Assembly: GCA_965248175.1 (NCBI GenBank)
Contig: OZ252093.1
Location: 2,429,449 to 2,493,448 of the forward strand
Reading direction: 5' to 3'
Origin: Rhodothermales bacterium
GTDB taxonomy: Bacteria; Bacteroidota; Rhodothermia; Rhodothermales; VXPQ01
DNA: 64,000 nt
The translations under genes and the position numbers were made by a program. Numbering within the stretch: the stretch's first letter is position 1; each line of letters opens with the position of its first letter. Shown in pieces: positions 1 through 10,190 of this stretch. The notes under the pieces were generated by a model, which was not told the DNA's origin, did not search any database, and saw only the letters and a program-made list of their open reading frames with translations.

Positions 1-1140
1 TGCCGGCATCGCCTTGCCCCGGGTATGCCCGAACAGCGGGATACGCTCGAACAGATCGAACACGGAGGACGAGGCCAGTGAATTGAGCGACGACGATAAC
101 GTACTCATTGCCGCCGCCACAATACCGGCCAGCAGGAGGCCGGATACGCCCGGCGGCAGCCCCTCGATGATGAACTTCGGAAAAATTTCGTCGCCCCGGG
201 CAAGGCCCAGATCGGCTATGGAAGCCCCTCCATAGTAGCTCCAAAGCAGCAGTCCCACCAACAGAAACAGGGCAAACTGGAATATGGCCATCACGGCAGA
301 ACCGATGAGCGCCTTTTTGCTATCCCGCTCATCCCGACAGGTGAGCAGGCGCTGCACAATGAGTTGATCCGTACCGTGAGAAGCCATGGAAAACACAGCT
401 CCGCCCACCACGGCGGTTACAAAGGCGTACGGAGAAGTTATCCACGTCGAGAGGGACTCATTCGCCGCCATATACAGCACCTGTGTCTTGCCGGCTTCCG
501 CTGCCTGTGCCCACCAATCGCCGGGCACTTGCCCTAACAGTACAATCACCGCCACAATGGCCCCGCCAAGGTACACGGCCATCTGCACCACATCCATCCA
601 TACAACGGCCTTGATGCCCCCTATCAGCGTGTAGACGATGGTGAATAGTGCAATGACGGCAATAATAGATGCGTAGGATATATCCAGTCCCGCCGAGTCC
701 GTAATGACCTTCAGGGGGATGGCCGTAGCGAAGAGGCGCACGCCGTCGGCCAGCAGGCGGGTGACAAGAAACGTCACCGAAGCCGCGCCCCGCATGGTGT
801 CCCCATACCGGTTACCGAGCAAGGCATAGGCAGTGACCAGTTCTCCCTGAAAGTATCTGGGAAGAAAAAATATCGATACGGCTATTCTGCCCAGAAGGTA
901 GCCGAAGGTCAGTTGCAGGAATGTCAGACTGCCGCCGTACGCCACTGCCGGAATGCCGATCACCGTCAGCGTACTCGTTTCGGTCGCCACCACGGAAAAG
1001 CAGACCGCCCACCAGGGCAAATCCCTGTTGCCGAGAAAATAATCCGCGGTGCTTTTTTGCCGCCCCCCGGCTTTGATGCCGAATGCGACCACGCCAGCCA
1101 GATACAGGACGATAACGACGTAATCGAGGGTGGTCAGCAT
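1..1140 (-). CDS. sodium:solute symporter (SSF) family permease; C-terminal part lies outside the window
   Basis: Absent from the ORF track because there is no stop inside the window. Reverse-strand ATG at 1138-1140. My translation MLTTLDYVVIVLYLAGVVAFGIKAGGRQKSTADYFLGNRDLPWWAVCFSVVATETSTLT...FSMASHGTDQLIVQRLL... stays open for all 380 codons down to base 1. Multi-span hydrophobic protein with SSF-like blocks. Confidence 0.8.
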   Translation of the reverse strand, partial: MLTTLDYVVIVLYLAGVVAFGIKAGGRQKSTADYFLGNRDLPWWAVCFSVVATETSTLTVIGIPAVAYGGSLTFLQLTFGYLLGRIAVSIFFLPRYFQGELVTAYALLGNRYGDTMRGAASVTFLVTRLLADGVRLFATAIPLKVITDSAGLDISYASIIAVIALFTIVYTLIGGIKAVVWMDVVQMAVYLGGAIVAVIVLLGQVPGDWWAQAAEAGKTQVLYMAANESLSTWITSPYAFVTAVVGGAVFSMASHGTDQLIVQRLLTCRDERDSKKALIGSAVMAIFQFALFLLVGLLLWSYYGGASIADLGLARGDEIFPKFIIEGLPPGVSGLLLAGIVAAAMSTLSSSLNSLASSSVFDLFERIPLFGHTRGKAMPA

Positions 1141-1152
1141 GGCGATGGCAGG

Positions 1153-3303
<2,151 letters not shown>

Positions 3304-3315
3304 CTATGCTGGCCG

Positions 3316-4584
3316 CTATCGTTGGATGGAAGAGAACCAGGAGCGAAGCGCGTCACGAGTCAGAACCACCATGTCTTCGCCGGTCGGTGGGGATACCGGA
3401 TAGGTCATGCCTTCCACCTGCACCGTAACGCTATCGAGCTGCTGCTCCAGTATGATGCGATCCGCCATGCGGAACGTCATCGAACCTCCGCGGCTTATCC
3501 AGTACGGGCGCCGCAGATCGTTATCCACCGTCACCCGGATCGGCGCCACGCTACCCTTGTCCGCCACGATCACGATATTCAGCGTATCGGGAAGGGATTG
3601 TATGGGGATGTCGTTCGCCGGGACCGTGGCATCGGCCATACCGTTCGCCGGGACCGTGGCATCGGCCATACCGTTCGCCGGGACCGTGGCATCGGCCATA
3701 CCGTTCGCCGGGATCGCTGCATCGGCCATACCGTTCGCCGGGATCGCTGCATCGGTCATACCGTCTGCCGGGACCGTGGCATCGGTCACATCGTTCGCCG
3801 GAGCGACTCGCGTCAGGCCCCAGACGCCCAGCCCGATCACTACAACGAGCACGCCAAGAAATATCCACCGGGGATCCGGCCTGCTACCGGCGGGCGCCTG
3901 CGCGTCTGCGCCTGTTGAAGCCTTGGAGGAAGTCCCGGCAGAAGTTCTTCGGGGGGAAGGCGCCTTGGGCGATGAGATTTCTCGGGCGGCAGATGTCTTC
4001 GCCAATGGGGCTTCCCGGGCAGCAGGCTGTTCAGTAGACGAAGCCGCCGAATCGGGCACTTCGGAATCGGGTACTTCGGAATCGGGCACTTCGGAATCGG
4101 GTACCTCGGAATCACTCTGCCGGGTTGGTTCAGCAGATTCTTCATGCGGGATTTTGGTGGATTCCTGCCCGGTCTGCTCTGACGAAGTCGCCTCAGTTAC
4201 CTGATCCGATTCAGGAGCAGCGGGTTCCTTCCGGCCTGTTTTCTTCTTTTGCTTCGGGCTCTCCTCCTGATGCTCTTCCTCGGGCTCGCCCAGATACGCT
4301 TGGGCCAGCGAGCCGGTATATCGTCCCTTCATCGCCAATTCGAACGCCTCCAGCGCCATCTCCACATCCATATTCAGATACTCTGCGTATCCACGCACGA
4401 AGAGCCGGAGGTATACCTTGCTGAACTGAGAATGACCGATAAGCGCATCGTGCTCGAAACGCTTGATCATATCGTACGCCATCTTGGTGGCATCGTGTAT
4501 ATCGGCCAAAGAAACGCCGCGATCTCTGCGGATACGACGCAGGTCCCGGGCAAATCGTGTTCCGCGTTCAGCTTCGCCAGACAT
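3316..4584 (-). CDS. RodZ-like cytoskeleton/HTH membrane protein with two internal tandem-repeat tracts
   Basis: N-terminal HTH (FARDLRRIRRDRGVSLADIHDATKM), acidic low-complexity linker, one TM helix (WIFLGVLVVVIGLGVWGL) and a C-terminal beta-rich domain as in RodZ/DUF4115 proteins. Confidence 0.7.
   Translation of the reverse strand: MSGEAERGTRFARDLRRIRRDRGVSLADIHDATKMAYDMIKRFEHDALIGHSQFSKVYLRLFVRGYAEYLNMDVEMALEAFELAMKGRYTGSLAQAYLGEPEEEHQEESPKQKKKTGRKEPAAPESDQVTEATSSEQTGQESTKIPHEESAEPTRQSDSEVPDSEVPDSEVPDSEVPDSAASSTEQPAAREAPLAKTSAAREISSPKAPSPRRTSAGTSSKASTGADAQAPAGSRPDPRWIFLGVLVVVIGLGVWGLTRVAPANDVTDATVPADGMTDAAIPANGMADAAIPANGMADATVPANGMADATVPANGMADATVPANDIPIQSLPDTLNIVIVADKGSVAPIRVTVDNDLRRPYWISRGGSMTFRMADRIILEQQLDSVTVQVEGMTYPVSPPTGEDMVVLTRDALRSWFSSIQR
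3611..3802. repeat. 30-bp tandem repeat, about 6.4 copies, in frame inside the RodZ-like gene
   Basis: Unit tcgttcgccgggaccgtggcatcggccata repeated head to tail from 3611; encodes (P)ANGMADA(T/A)(V/I) decapeptides just after the TM helix. Confidence 0.95.
4047..4115. repeat. 15-bp tandem repeat, about 4.6 copies, in frame inside the RodZ-like gene
   Basis: Unit cggaatcggg(c/t)actt repeated; encodes SEVPD x4-5 in the cytoplasmic linker. Confidence 0.95.
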
Positions 4585-4852
4585 ATATGAGATACTCTCT
4601 GCTTAAGTGCGCTGTACAATATCTGCCGAAGACCCGACAGGCCAGCCCCTGGCATTGGAGAAATCGAGAACGCCTGCCGGGAGACCTTCCAGGGGGCCGC
4701 TATCGCCCCCGAACCGGAAAGATATAAAAGCCGGGGTGCATGGAAAAGCGAAACCGGGAGGAAGATGCGAATTATTAGGGGGGGCAAGGGGTATGAACTA
4801 TCGTTTCGCAAACGGGTTTGTTACCGGCGTACGCATTCACGGTATCCTCAAT

Positions 4853-5992
4853 ATGGCCATGACCCCTCCGCAAATCCGGTCTGTTCGTATCCAGGGCTTC
4901 CGCTCGCTGGCGGACTGCGAACTCCAGAACCTGGGCATGGCAACCGTCCTGATCGGTCCCAATGGAGCCGGCAAGTCCAATTTTATCCGCTTCTTCGAGA
5001 TGATGAGTTGGATGCTGAAATCCCGGAAGCTTGGGGATTTCGTTGCAATGCATGGAGGCGCAAGCGATCAGTTGTTCGGCGGAAGTGAAAAAACGACCCG
5101 GATAAAGGCCACTATATCCCTGCAAACAGAAAAGGGACTGAACGACTACAGGTTCGAATTGGGGCACGGTCATCCCGACCGGCTGATCTTTATGAACGAA
5201 GCTTTCCGATTCAGCCGTACGGGCTCGTCCACACCCGCTGATTGGCAGCATCTCGAAAGCGGTCACCCGGAAGCCCAAATCGTCGAAGCCGCCCAATCGT
5301 CGGAATATCTTCCGGATGTCAATCGGACAACCGCACGGGCTATTGTCCGTCTCCTGCGGGATTGCGCGGTGTACCAATTCCACGACACATCCGACACGTC
5401 CAGTTTCAAGAAGCGATGGGATGCATCCGATAACAACTATCTGCGCTCGCACGGTGGCAATCTGGCTTCTATCCTGCACCGATTGGAGCAGGAAGACATA
5501 AAAAGATTCAACCTGATCTGCCGGCACATTACACGCATTTTGCCTGTGTTCGAACGCTTCGAGATCGAAGAAAGCTACGGGAAGGTGTTACTACGCTGGG
5601 TAGCGAAGGGCATGGACCAAACGCTCGGACCTCATCTCACTTCCGATGGTTCGCTACGGTTCTTTGCGCTCGTGACCTTGCTGAATCTTCCTCAGGAGAT
5701 GCTACCCAGCGTTCTTTTACTGGACGAGCCGGAACTTGGCCTGCATCCTGCCGCTATCTCTCTGATCGGCGACATGATCAAAGGCCTCGCCACAGAACGG
5801 CAAATCATCGTGGCGACGCAATCTCCCCTACTCGTTGATCTCTTTGGCCTCGACGAAATCATCGTGCTTGAAATGGAGGATGGTAAAACGCAGTTCAGAT
5901 CGCTTCCGCAAACTGAATATCAACATTGGCTTGACAGTAATTTCACCACGGGCGAACTCTGGCGGAAAAACGTTCTGGGAGGGCGTCCGTGA
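4853..5992 (+). CDS. ABC/SMC-like AAA ATPase (AAA_15/AAA_21-type), first gene of a two-gene cassette
   Basis: Walker A LIGPNGAGKSNF, signature-like TSDGSLRFFAL, Walker B VLLLDEPELGLHP, then IVATQSPLLVD. The ORF track starts at 4607, but the family-typical N-terminus (IRSVRIQGFRSL) favours Met 4853/4859; 4793 is also possible. Confidence 0.85.
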   Translation: MAMTPPQIRSVRIQGFRSLADCELQNLGMATVLIGPNGAGKSNFIRFFEMMSWMLKSRKLGDFVAMHGGASDQLFGGSEKTTRIKATISLQTEKGLNDYRFELGHGHPDRLIFMNEAFRFSRTGSSTPADWQHLESGHPEAQIVEAAQSSEYLPDVNRTTARAIVRLLRDCAVYQFHDTSDTSSFKKRWDASDNNYLRSHGGNLASILHRLEQEDIKRFNLICRHITRILPVFERFEIEESYGKVLLRWVAKGMDQTLGPHLTSDGSLRFFALVTLLNLPQEMLPSVLLLDEPELGLHPAAISLIGDMIKGLATERQIIVATQSPLLVDLFGLDEIIVLEMEDGKTQFRSLPQTEYQHWLDSNFTTGELWRKNVLGGRP

Positions 5993-6636
5993 TCCGTCTG
6001 GCAATATCCGTGGAGGGGCAGACCGAGGAGGAATTCGTCAAGAAAATTCTTGTAGGCCCTCTCAGGACAAAGAAAGTCAAGGCGACGCCAATTCTTCTCG
6101 GCCGCGCCGGAGAAAAAATCAAAGGGGAAGGCGGCGGAGACGTTTCAGTTGCACGGCTCACCGAGGATATGGCGTGTCTTTATGAATCTTATGATTTCGT
6201 CACATCGCTGGTCGATTTCTACGGATTTCGCGACAAGGGAGACAAATCGGTCGAAGAATTGGAACAGCATGTGCGCCAGAAAATAAACGATAAAATTGGC
6301 CGAAATTGGAACGAAACGAGAATATTCCCCTATGTCCAGCGCCACGAGGTAGAGGGTTTATTGTTTTCCAGAGTGGATGTTTTTGAAAGCTTGCCTTATG
6401 CTTCAAAGGAATCGGTTAATAAACTGCGAAAAATTCGTTCGGATTTTAAGACTCCGGAAGATATAAACGACAGCAGGAAAACCGCTCCGAGTAAACGGAT
6501 CATGCAACTCATACCGCGTTACAGAAAACGCGGGGATAGTCCTCTTCTTGCCGAGCAAATCGGACTTGAGACGATTCGCGCCGAATGTCCCCGATTTAAT
6601 GCCTGGGTGGAGCATATGGAAGCGCTGGGTTCGTGA
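5989..6636 (+). CDS. DUF4276 family protein (Toprim-like by motif pattern), second gene of the cassette
   Basis: 215 aa. GTG start overlaps the upstream stop (GTGA at 5989-5992). MIRLAISVEGQTEEEFVKKIL...SLVDFYGFRD...VEGLLF matches my memory of DUF4276 proteins. Confidence 0.8.
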   Translation: MIRLAISVEGQTEEEFVKKILVGPLRTKKVKATPILLGRAGEKIKGEGGGDVSVARLTEDMACLYESYDFVTSLVDFYGFRDKGDKSVEELEQHVRQKINDKIGRNWNETRIFPYVQRHEVEGLLFSRVDVFESLPYASKESVNKLRKIRSDFKTPEDINDSRKTAPSKRIMQLIPRYRKRGDSPLLAEQIGLETIRAECPRFNAWVEHMEALGS

Positions 6637-6755
6637 GGTTGTTCCTGTTATACTGATAACTGACAATTACTAAACTACTTCACACATCTCCCCGGATCCG
6701 TGTCTTTCTCCTTGCGTAAAATATACCTTTGGATTGCCTTCACGCAAGCCCACCC

Positions 6756-6829
6756 AGGCCCGTAGCTCAATTTGGCAGAGCAACTGACTCTTAATCAGTG
6801 GGTTGGGGGTTCGAGTCCCCCCGGGCCTA
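6756..6829 (+). tRNA. tRNA-Lys (anticodon CTT)
   Basis: Manual cloverleaf: acceptor AGGCCCG/CGGGCCT, D arm GCTC-AATTTGGCA-GAGC, anticodon arm ACTGA-CTCTTAA-TCAGT, 5-nt variable loop, T arm GGGGG-TTCGAGT-CCCCC, discriminator A. No encoded CCA. Confidence 0.9.
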
Positions 6830-6897
6830 CACGATTCCTCTCCGGCGCGTCTCCCCCGGGCCTACACGATTCCTCTCCGGCGCGTCTCCCCCGGGCC
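6818..6897. repeat. 35-bp perfect tandem direct repeat (2 full copies + 10 bp) starting inside the 3' end of tRNA-Lys
   Basis: cccccgggcctacacgattcctctccggcgcgtct at 6818-6852 and 6853-6887, then cccccgggcc at 6888-6897. The first 12 nt are the last 12 nt of the tRNA. Confidence 0.95.
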
Positions 6898-7043
6898 CCC
6901 TCGCCTCTTCAGAGCGTCTCCCCTCGTGCGCCCCAGCCTCTTCGGGGCGCCTTCCGACAGGTTATCCACTTCGCCTGATCGCCTGGCCCCCTTCCGCCAC
7001 CCCCGTGCGTCTCGCACCCCCCCTTGCAGGAATCCGGAGACCC

Positions 7044-7442
7044 TCATCCACCCAGCAGGGTAACCCCGTCAAGTTCCGCAGCTTTTCTGTCAAACGTGCA
7101 AAGGAAGTCGGCTCCAGCCCGTTCGGCAGCCGCCAGAATCATGAGGTCGGCAAAACCCGCACCGCTCTCGCGATAACGAACGGCACAGCGAACCACATCC
7201 CGACTCGCTTCAACAACAAGGTGCTCCGTTGCCGTCAGTTCTTCCAGCACCATGGCAATGTCGTCGCGGGAGCACTTGTAGGCCCGTTCCAGTACCCAAA
7301 CCAGCTCCAGAACAACCTCTCGGCTAATAAAGCCGGGGGATTCCTTTGCGAGGTTCTCCAAAACTTTCCTGGCGATCACACCCTGCTCCGGGTCGTCGCA
7401 CACCAGGTACCGAACAAGCACATTGGTATCCAGGGCAATCAT
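7044..7442 (-). CDS. vapC: PIN-domain toxin VapC
   Basis: MIALDTNVLVRYL... with acidic PIN residues (D5, E in SREVVLEL, FADLMI, TFDR). The ORF-track N-terminal extension is discarded; the start overlaps the vapB stop (ATGA at 7439-7442). Confidence 0.85.
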   Translation of the reverse strand: MIALDTNVLVRYLVCDDPEQGVIARKVLENLAKESPGFISREVVLELVWVLERAYKCSRDDIAMVLEELTATEHLVVEASRDVVRCAVRYRESGAGFADLMILAAAERAGADFLCTFDRKAAELDGVTLLGG

Positions 7443-7672
7443 TGCTCGCACGCCCCCTCGGCTATAGCCTCCTCCATTTCCTCCAGGGAAACGGCAGGGC
7501 CCTCGCACTTGAGCACCCCGAAAAGCCGACCGATCGGGCGCACCGGTACAATACGCACCTCGCCATCAAAAACAAGGTAATTCACTTTATCCCCTGCTTT
7601 TATCCCAAGCATTTGGCGAATGAGCTTTGGTAATGTTGTTTGCCCTTTGCTGGAAATAGTGGACGAAAGCAT
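7439..7672 (-). CDS. vapB: AbrB/MazE/SpoVT-type antitoxin VapB
   Basis: 77 aa from Met at 7672: MLSSTISSKGQTTLPKLIRQMLGIKAGDKVNYLVFDGEVRIVPV, a swapped-hairpin AbrB-like fold signature, directly upstream of and overlapping vapC. Confidence 0.8.
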   Translation of the reverse strand: MLSSTISSKGQTTLPKLIRQMLGIKAGDKVNYLVFDGEVRIVPVRPIGRLFGVLKCEGPAVSLEEMEEAIAEGACEQ

Positions 7673-7704
7673 GACAATTTGTCTTTTGTTCAGAATTTCA
7701 TAAG

Positions 7705-7734
7705 ATTCCTTGTAATATACAAAATACAAGGAAT
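7705..7734. promoter_or_regulatory. 10-bp perfect inverted repeat (ATTCCTTGTA-N10-TACAAGGAAT), candidate VapB operator
   Basis: Palindrome arms at 7705-7714 and 7725-7734, 33-62 bp upstream of the vapB start in an AT-rich stretch. Confidence 0.5.
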
Positions 7735-7767
7735 TAATCAATTTTACCAGTAAAAAGCTGTAACGCC

Positions 7768-8694
7768 CTACTTTTTCCTCTTCGGTGCACGATTGCCCCG
7801 CCCCAGCGATTCCCCGCAGAAAACGCAAAAGACGGCTTCGGGATGCCGAGTCTCCTCGCCACAGGCCGTGCACTCCTTCCATGCGGACTCACCTCTTCCG
7901 TAAGACCGCCCGACTTCCACTCCGACGATACCCGTCGGAACCGCAATAATGGCGTACCCGGTGAACATCAGCAGCACCGCTATCATCTGGCCGAGCGGCG
8001 TCAACGGCGCAATGTCCCCATATCCGACGGTGGTTACCGTCACGATGGCCCAGTATACCCCGCGCGGAATGCTCGTAAAGCCTGCGTCGGCCCCCTCGAT
8101 GACATACATGAGCGATCCCACAATCACGACGATCAGGGAGACAGCCAGCATGAAGACCACAATCTTGCGGCGACCCGCCCGCAGCGCCGTGTACAGCACA
8201 TCTTCCGCTCCAAGAAACCGCACCAGTTTGAGCACGCGAAACACCCGCAAGACGCGCAGCACCCGGATCGTAAGAAGGAACCGACCGGCCGGGAATATGA
8301 TACTGAGAAACGTCGGCAGAATGGCGAGAAGATCGACCACACCGAAGAAACTTGTCGCATAACGCCTGGTGTTCCGGGCGCTGTAGAGCCGCAGCGTGTA
8401 TTCCACCGTAAAAAGGATGGTGAATATCCACTCGAGGATAGCCAGTTCGGCGCCCCACTGCTCAGATATGGCAACCACGCTGTCCAGCATGACCGCCACG
8501 ATACTCAACAGGATCGCCACGATGAGCACCATGTCGAATAAATGTCCCGCCGGGGTGTCGTTCCCGAAAATGAAGACCCCCATGCGATCCCGGAACGGCG
8601 AACGTCGGGATTCAGCGGGTGCATTACGAGTGTCGGATGCGGCGGACGAATCGGAAGTGTCCGGCATATCGGTTGCGTTGTTTGTATCGGACAT
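7768..8694 (-). CDS. voltage-gated K+ channel family protein with C-terminal zinc-ribbon tail
   Basis: K+ selectivity filter TVGYGD and S4-like RVLRVLRVFRVLKLVRFLG. Tail is CTACGEETRHPEAVFCVFCGESL. Start is uncertain: Met 8694 is preferred, while 8766/8805 would overlap the upstream gene. Confidence 0.85.
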   Translation of the reverse strand: MSDTNNATDMPDTSDSSAASDTRNAPAESRRSPFRDRMGVFIFGNDTPAGHLFDMVLIVAILLSIVAVMLDSVVAISEQWGAELAILEWIFTILFTVEYTLRLYSARNTRRYATSFFGVVDLLAILPTFLSIIFPAGRFLLTIRVLRVLRVFRVLKLVRFLGAEDVLYTALRAGRRKIVVFMLAVSLIVVIVGSLMYVIEGADAGFTSIPRGVYWAIVTVTTVGYGDIAPLTPLGQMIAVLLMFTGYAIIAVPTGIVGVEVGRSYGRGESAWKECTACGEETRHPEAVFCVFCGESLGRGNRAPKRKK

Positions 8695-8752
8695 GTCAGA
8701 TGGGGCGAATGGGGAAAATGAACCGGGAATGCCGGACAGGCCGCGACGGCAA

Positions 8753-9868
8753 CTACGTCTGCCCATCTGGCGCAATCCCTTTCCGCTTACGAGCGGACAA
8801 AACATAAAACGCGGCTGTACCGGAAGCGACCAGCACCAGCGGTGTTATAAAATACAATGCAGCCCACCCGTTTTTCACGAAGGAAATACCTGTGCCTGCA
8901 TCCATACCAGCCGCCAGCAAAAGACAGACCGTATACGCCACATAATACACCGCCAGCATCCCTCCTTCCCAGCGGGATATTCTTCCGCCCGAAAAAAAGA
9001 GGGGCAAACACGCCAGCGACGCGAATGCCATAACGGGGAGATCGAATCGAATGACCTCTGGAGAAAGCGCAATGCCGCCGGCAGACAATGCGCCTGCCGC
9101 CCCAAGCACGCCCAGCAGGTTGAACAGATTGCTCCCGACCACATTGCCCACAGCCATGTCGCGTTCGCCCCGCAGGGTGGCTACAACGGACGTGGCGACC
9201 TCCGGCAAGGAGGTTCCCGCAGCCACAACGGTAAGGCCAATGACCAGGTCACTCACGCCGAGGTCTACGGCAATCGCCGTGGCTCCGCTCACGATCCATT
9301 GCGAAGCGGGAATGAGAAGGACGAAACCTGCTGTCAGGAAAACCACGTCCCGGGAACGCAAGGCAGGTCCGGGTCCGGCGCCCGCCGCAGTGTTTACGTC
9401 TGAAGCCTCCTCCTCCGTCGTTCCTTCCCGCCGCCCTCTCCATATCTTCCATGCGATATACGTTACGAGCACGAGGCACAGAGCTGCTCCCTCCAGCCTG
9501 CCAAGACGGTGATCCATTCCCAGCCCCAGGACTGCCGCGGATGCCCCAACCATCAAAAGCAAATCGGTGCGCAGCATCCGCCGCGTAGCGACAAGCGGCG
9601 CCGCCAGCGCCGAAACGCCCAGAATGAAAAGCGTATTGAAAATGTTGCTGCCCACAACATTGCCGACGGCAATAGCGGTCTCTCCGGACAGCGCAGCCTG
9701 GAGCACCACGGCGAATTCGGGGGCGCTGGTGCCCAGCGCCACGACGGTCAGGCCCACCACCAGCGGGGCCATGCCCAGGGCTCGCGCCAGCCGCGAGGCT
9801 CCCCGCACAAACAACTCGGCCCCGCCAATCAGCAAGACCATACCGGCAATACATTGCAGATACGCCAT
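8753..9868 (-). CDS. Ca2+/cation antiporter (CaCA, YrbG-like)
   Basis: Two alpha-repeat motifs, GNVVGSNIFN and GNVVGSNLFN, in a 10-11 TM protein. Start taken at MAYLQCIAGMVLL. Confidence 0.85.
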   Translation of the reverse strand: MAYLQCIAGMVLLIGGAELFVRGASRLARALGMAPLVVGLTVVALGTSAPEFAVVLQAALSGETAIAVGNVVGSNIFNTLFILGVSALAAPLVATRRMLRTDLLLMVGASAAVLGLGMDHRLGRLEGAALCLVLVTYIAWKIWRGRREGTTEEEASDVNTAAGAGPGPALRSRDVVFLTAGFVLLIPASQWIVSGATAIAVDLGVSDLVIGLTVVAAGTSLPEVATSVVATLRGERDMAVGNVVGSNLFNLLGVLGAAGALSAGGIALSPEVIRFDLPVMAFASLACLPLFFSGGRISRWEGGMLAVYYVAYTVCLLLAAGMDAGTGISFVKNGWAALYFITPLVLVASGTAAFYVLSARKRKGIAPDGQT

Positions 9869-10190
9869 ACGCTCGGGTGTATTCTCGGTCCGGAATGATT
9901 GCAAACATACAGATTTTTCACCAGGAAACACGCGTTCGCTCTAAACTTCCCTTATGACATACTGTATCTTTTGGCCGCTTGAAACCACCGGCCGCCAAAC
10001 ACGCAATCAGCGCCCCCATCACCTGCCCCGGAGTATCCCGGGCAGGGCTACTGTGGGGCATAATATTCCGGGGATTAGCGAATTACCCCATATATTTTCA
10101 TATTGTTTATATCATCGACGAGCAAGGGAGCAATCTCTGAGGTAACGCGAAACAAGGCGATAAAAAGGGTTATCCAGGGTCGACACATCG

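Noticed and set aside
3611-3802. Regularly spaced 30-bp repeats that at first glance resemble a CRISPR-like array.
   Set aside because: The units are contiguous with no spacers, are in frame, and lie inside the RodZ-like ORF. This is a coding minisatellite, not a CRISPR array.
6713-6750. Hairpin cttgcgt-N24-acgcaag and a TAccTTTG box (6724-6731) upstream of tRNA-Lys, considered as the tRNA promoter.
   Set aside because: The -7-like box is plausible, but there is no properly spaced -33 TTG and the hairpin loop is large. This is too weak to list as a feature.
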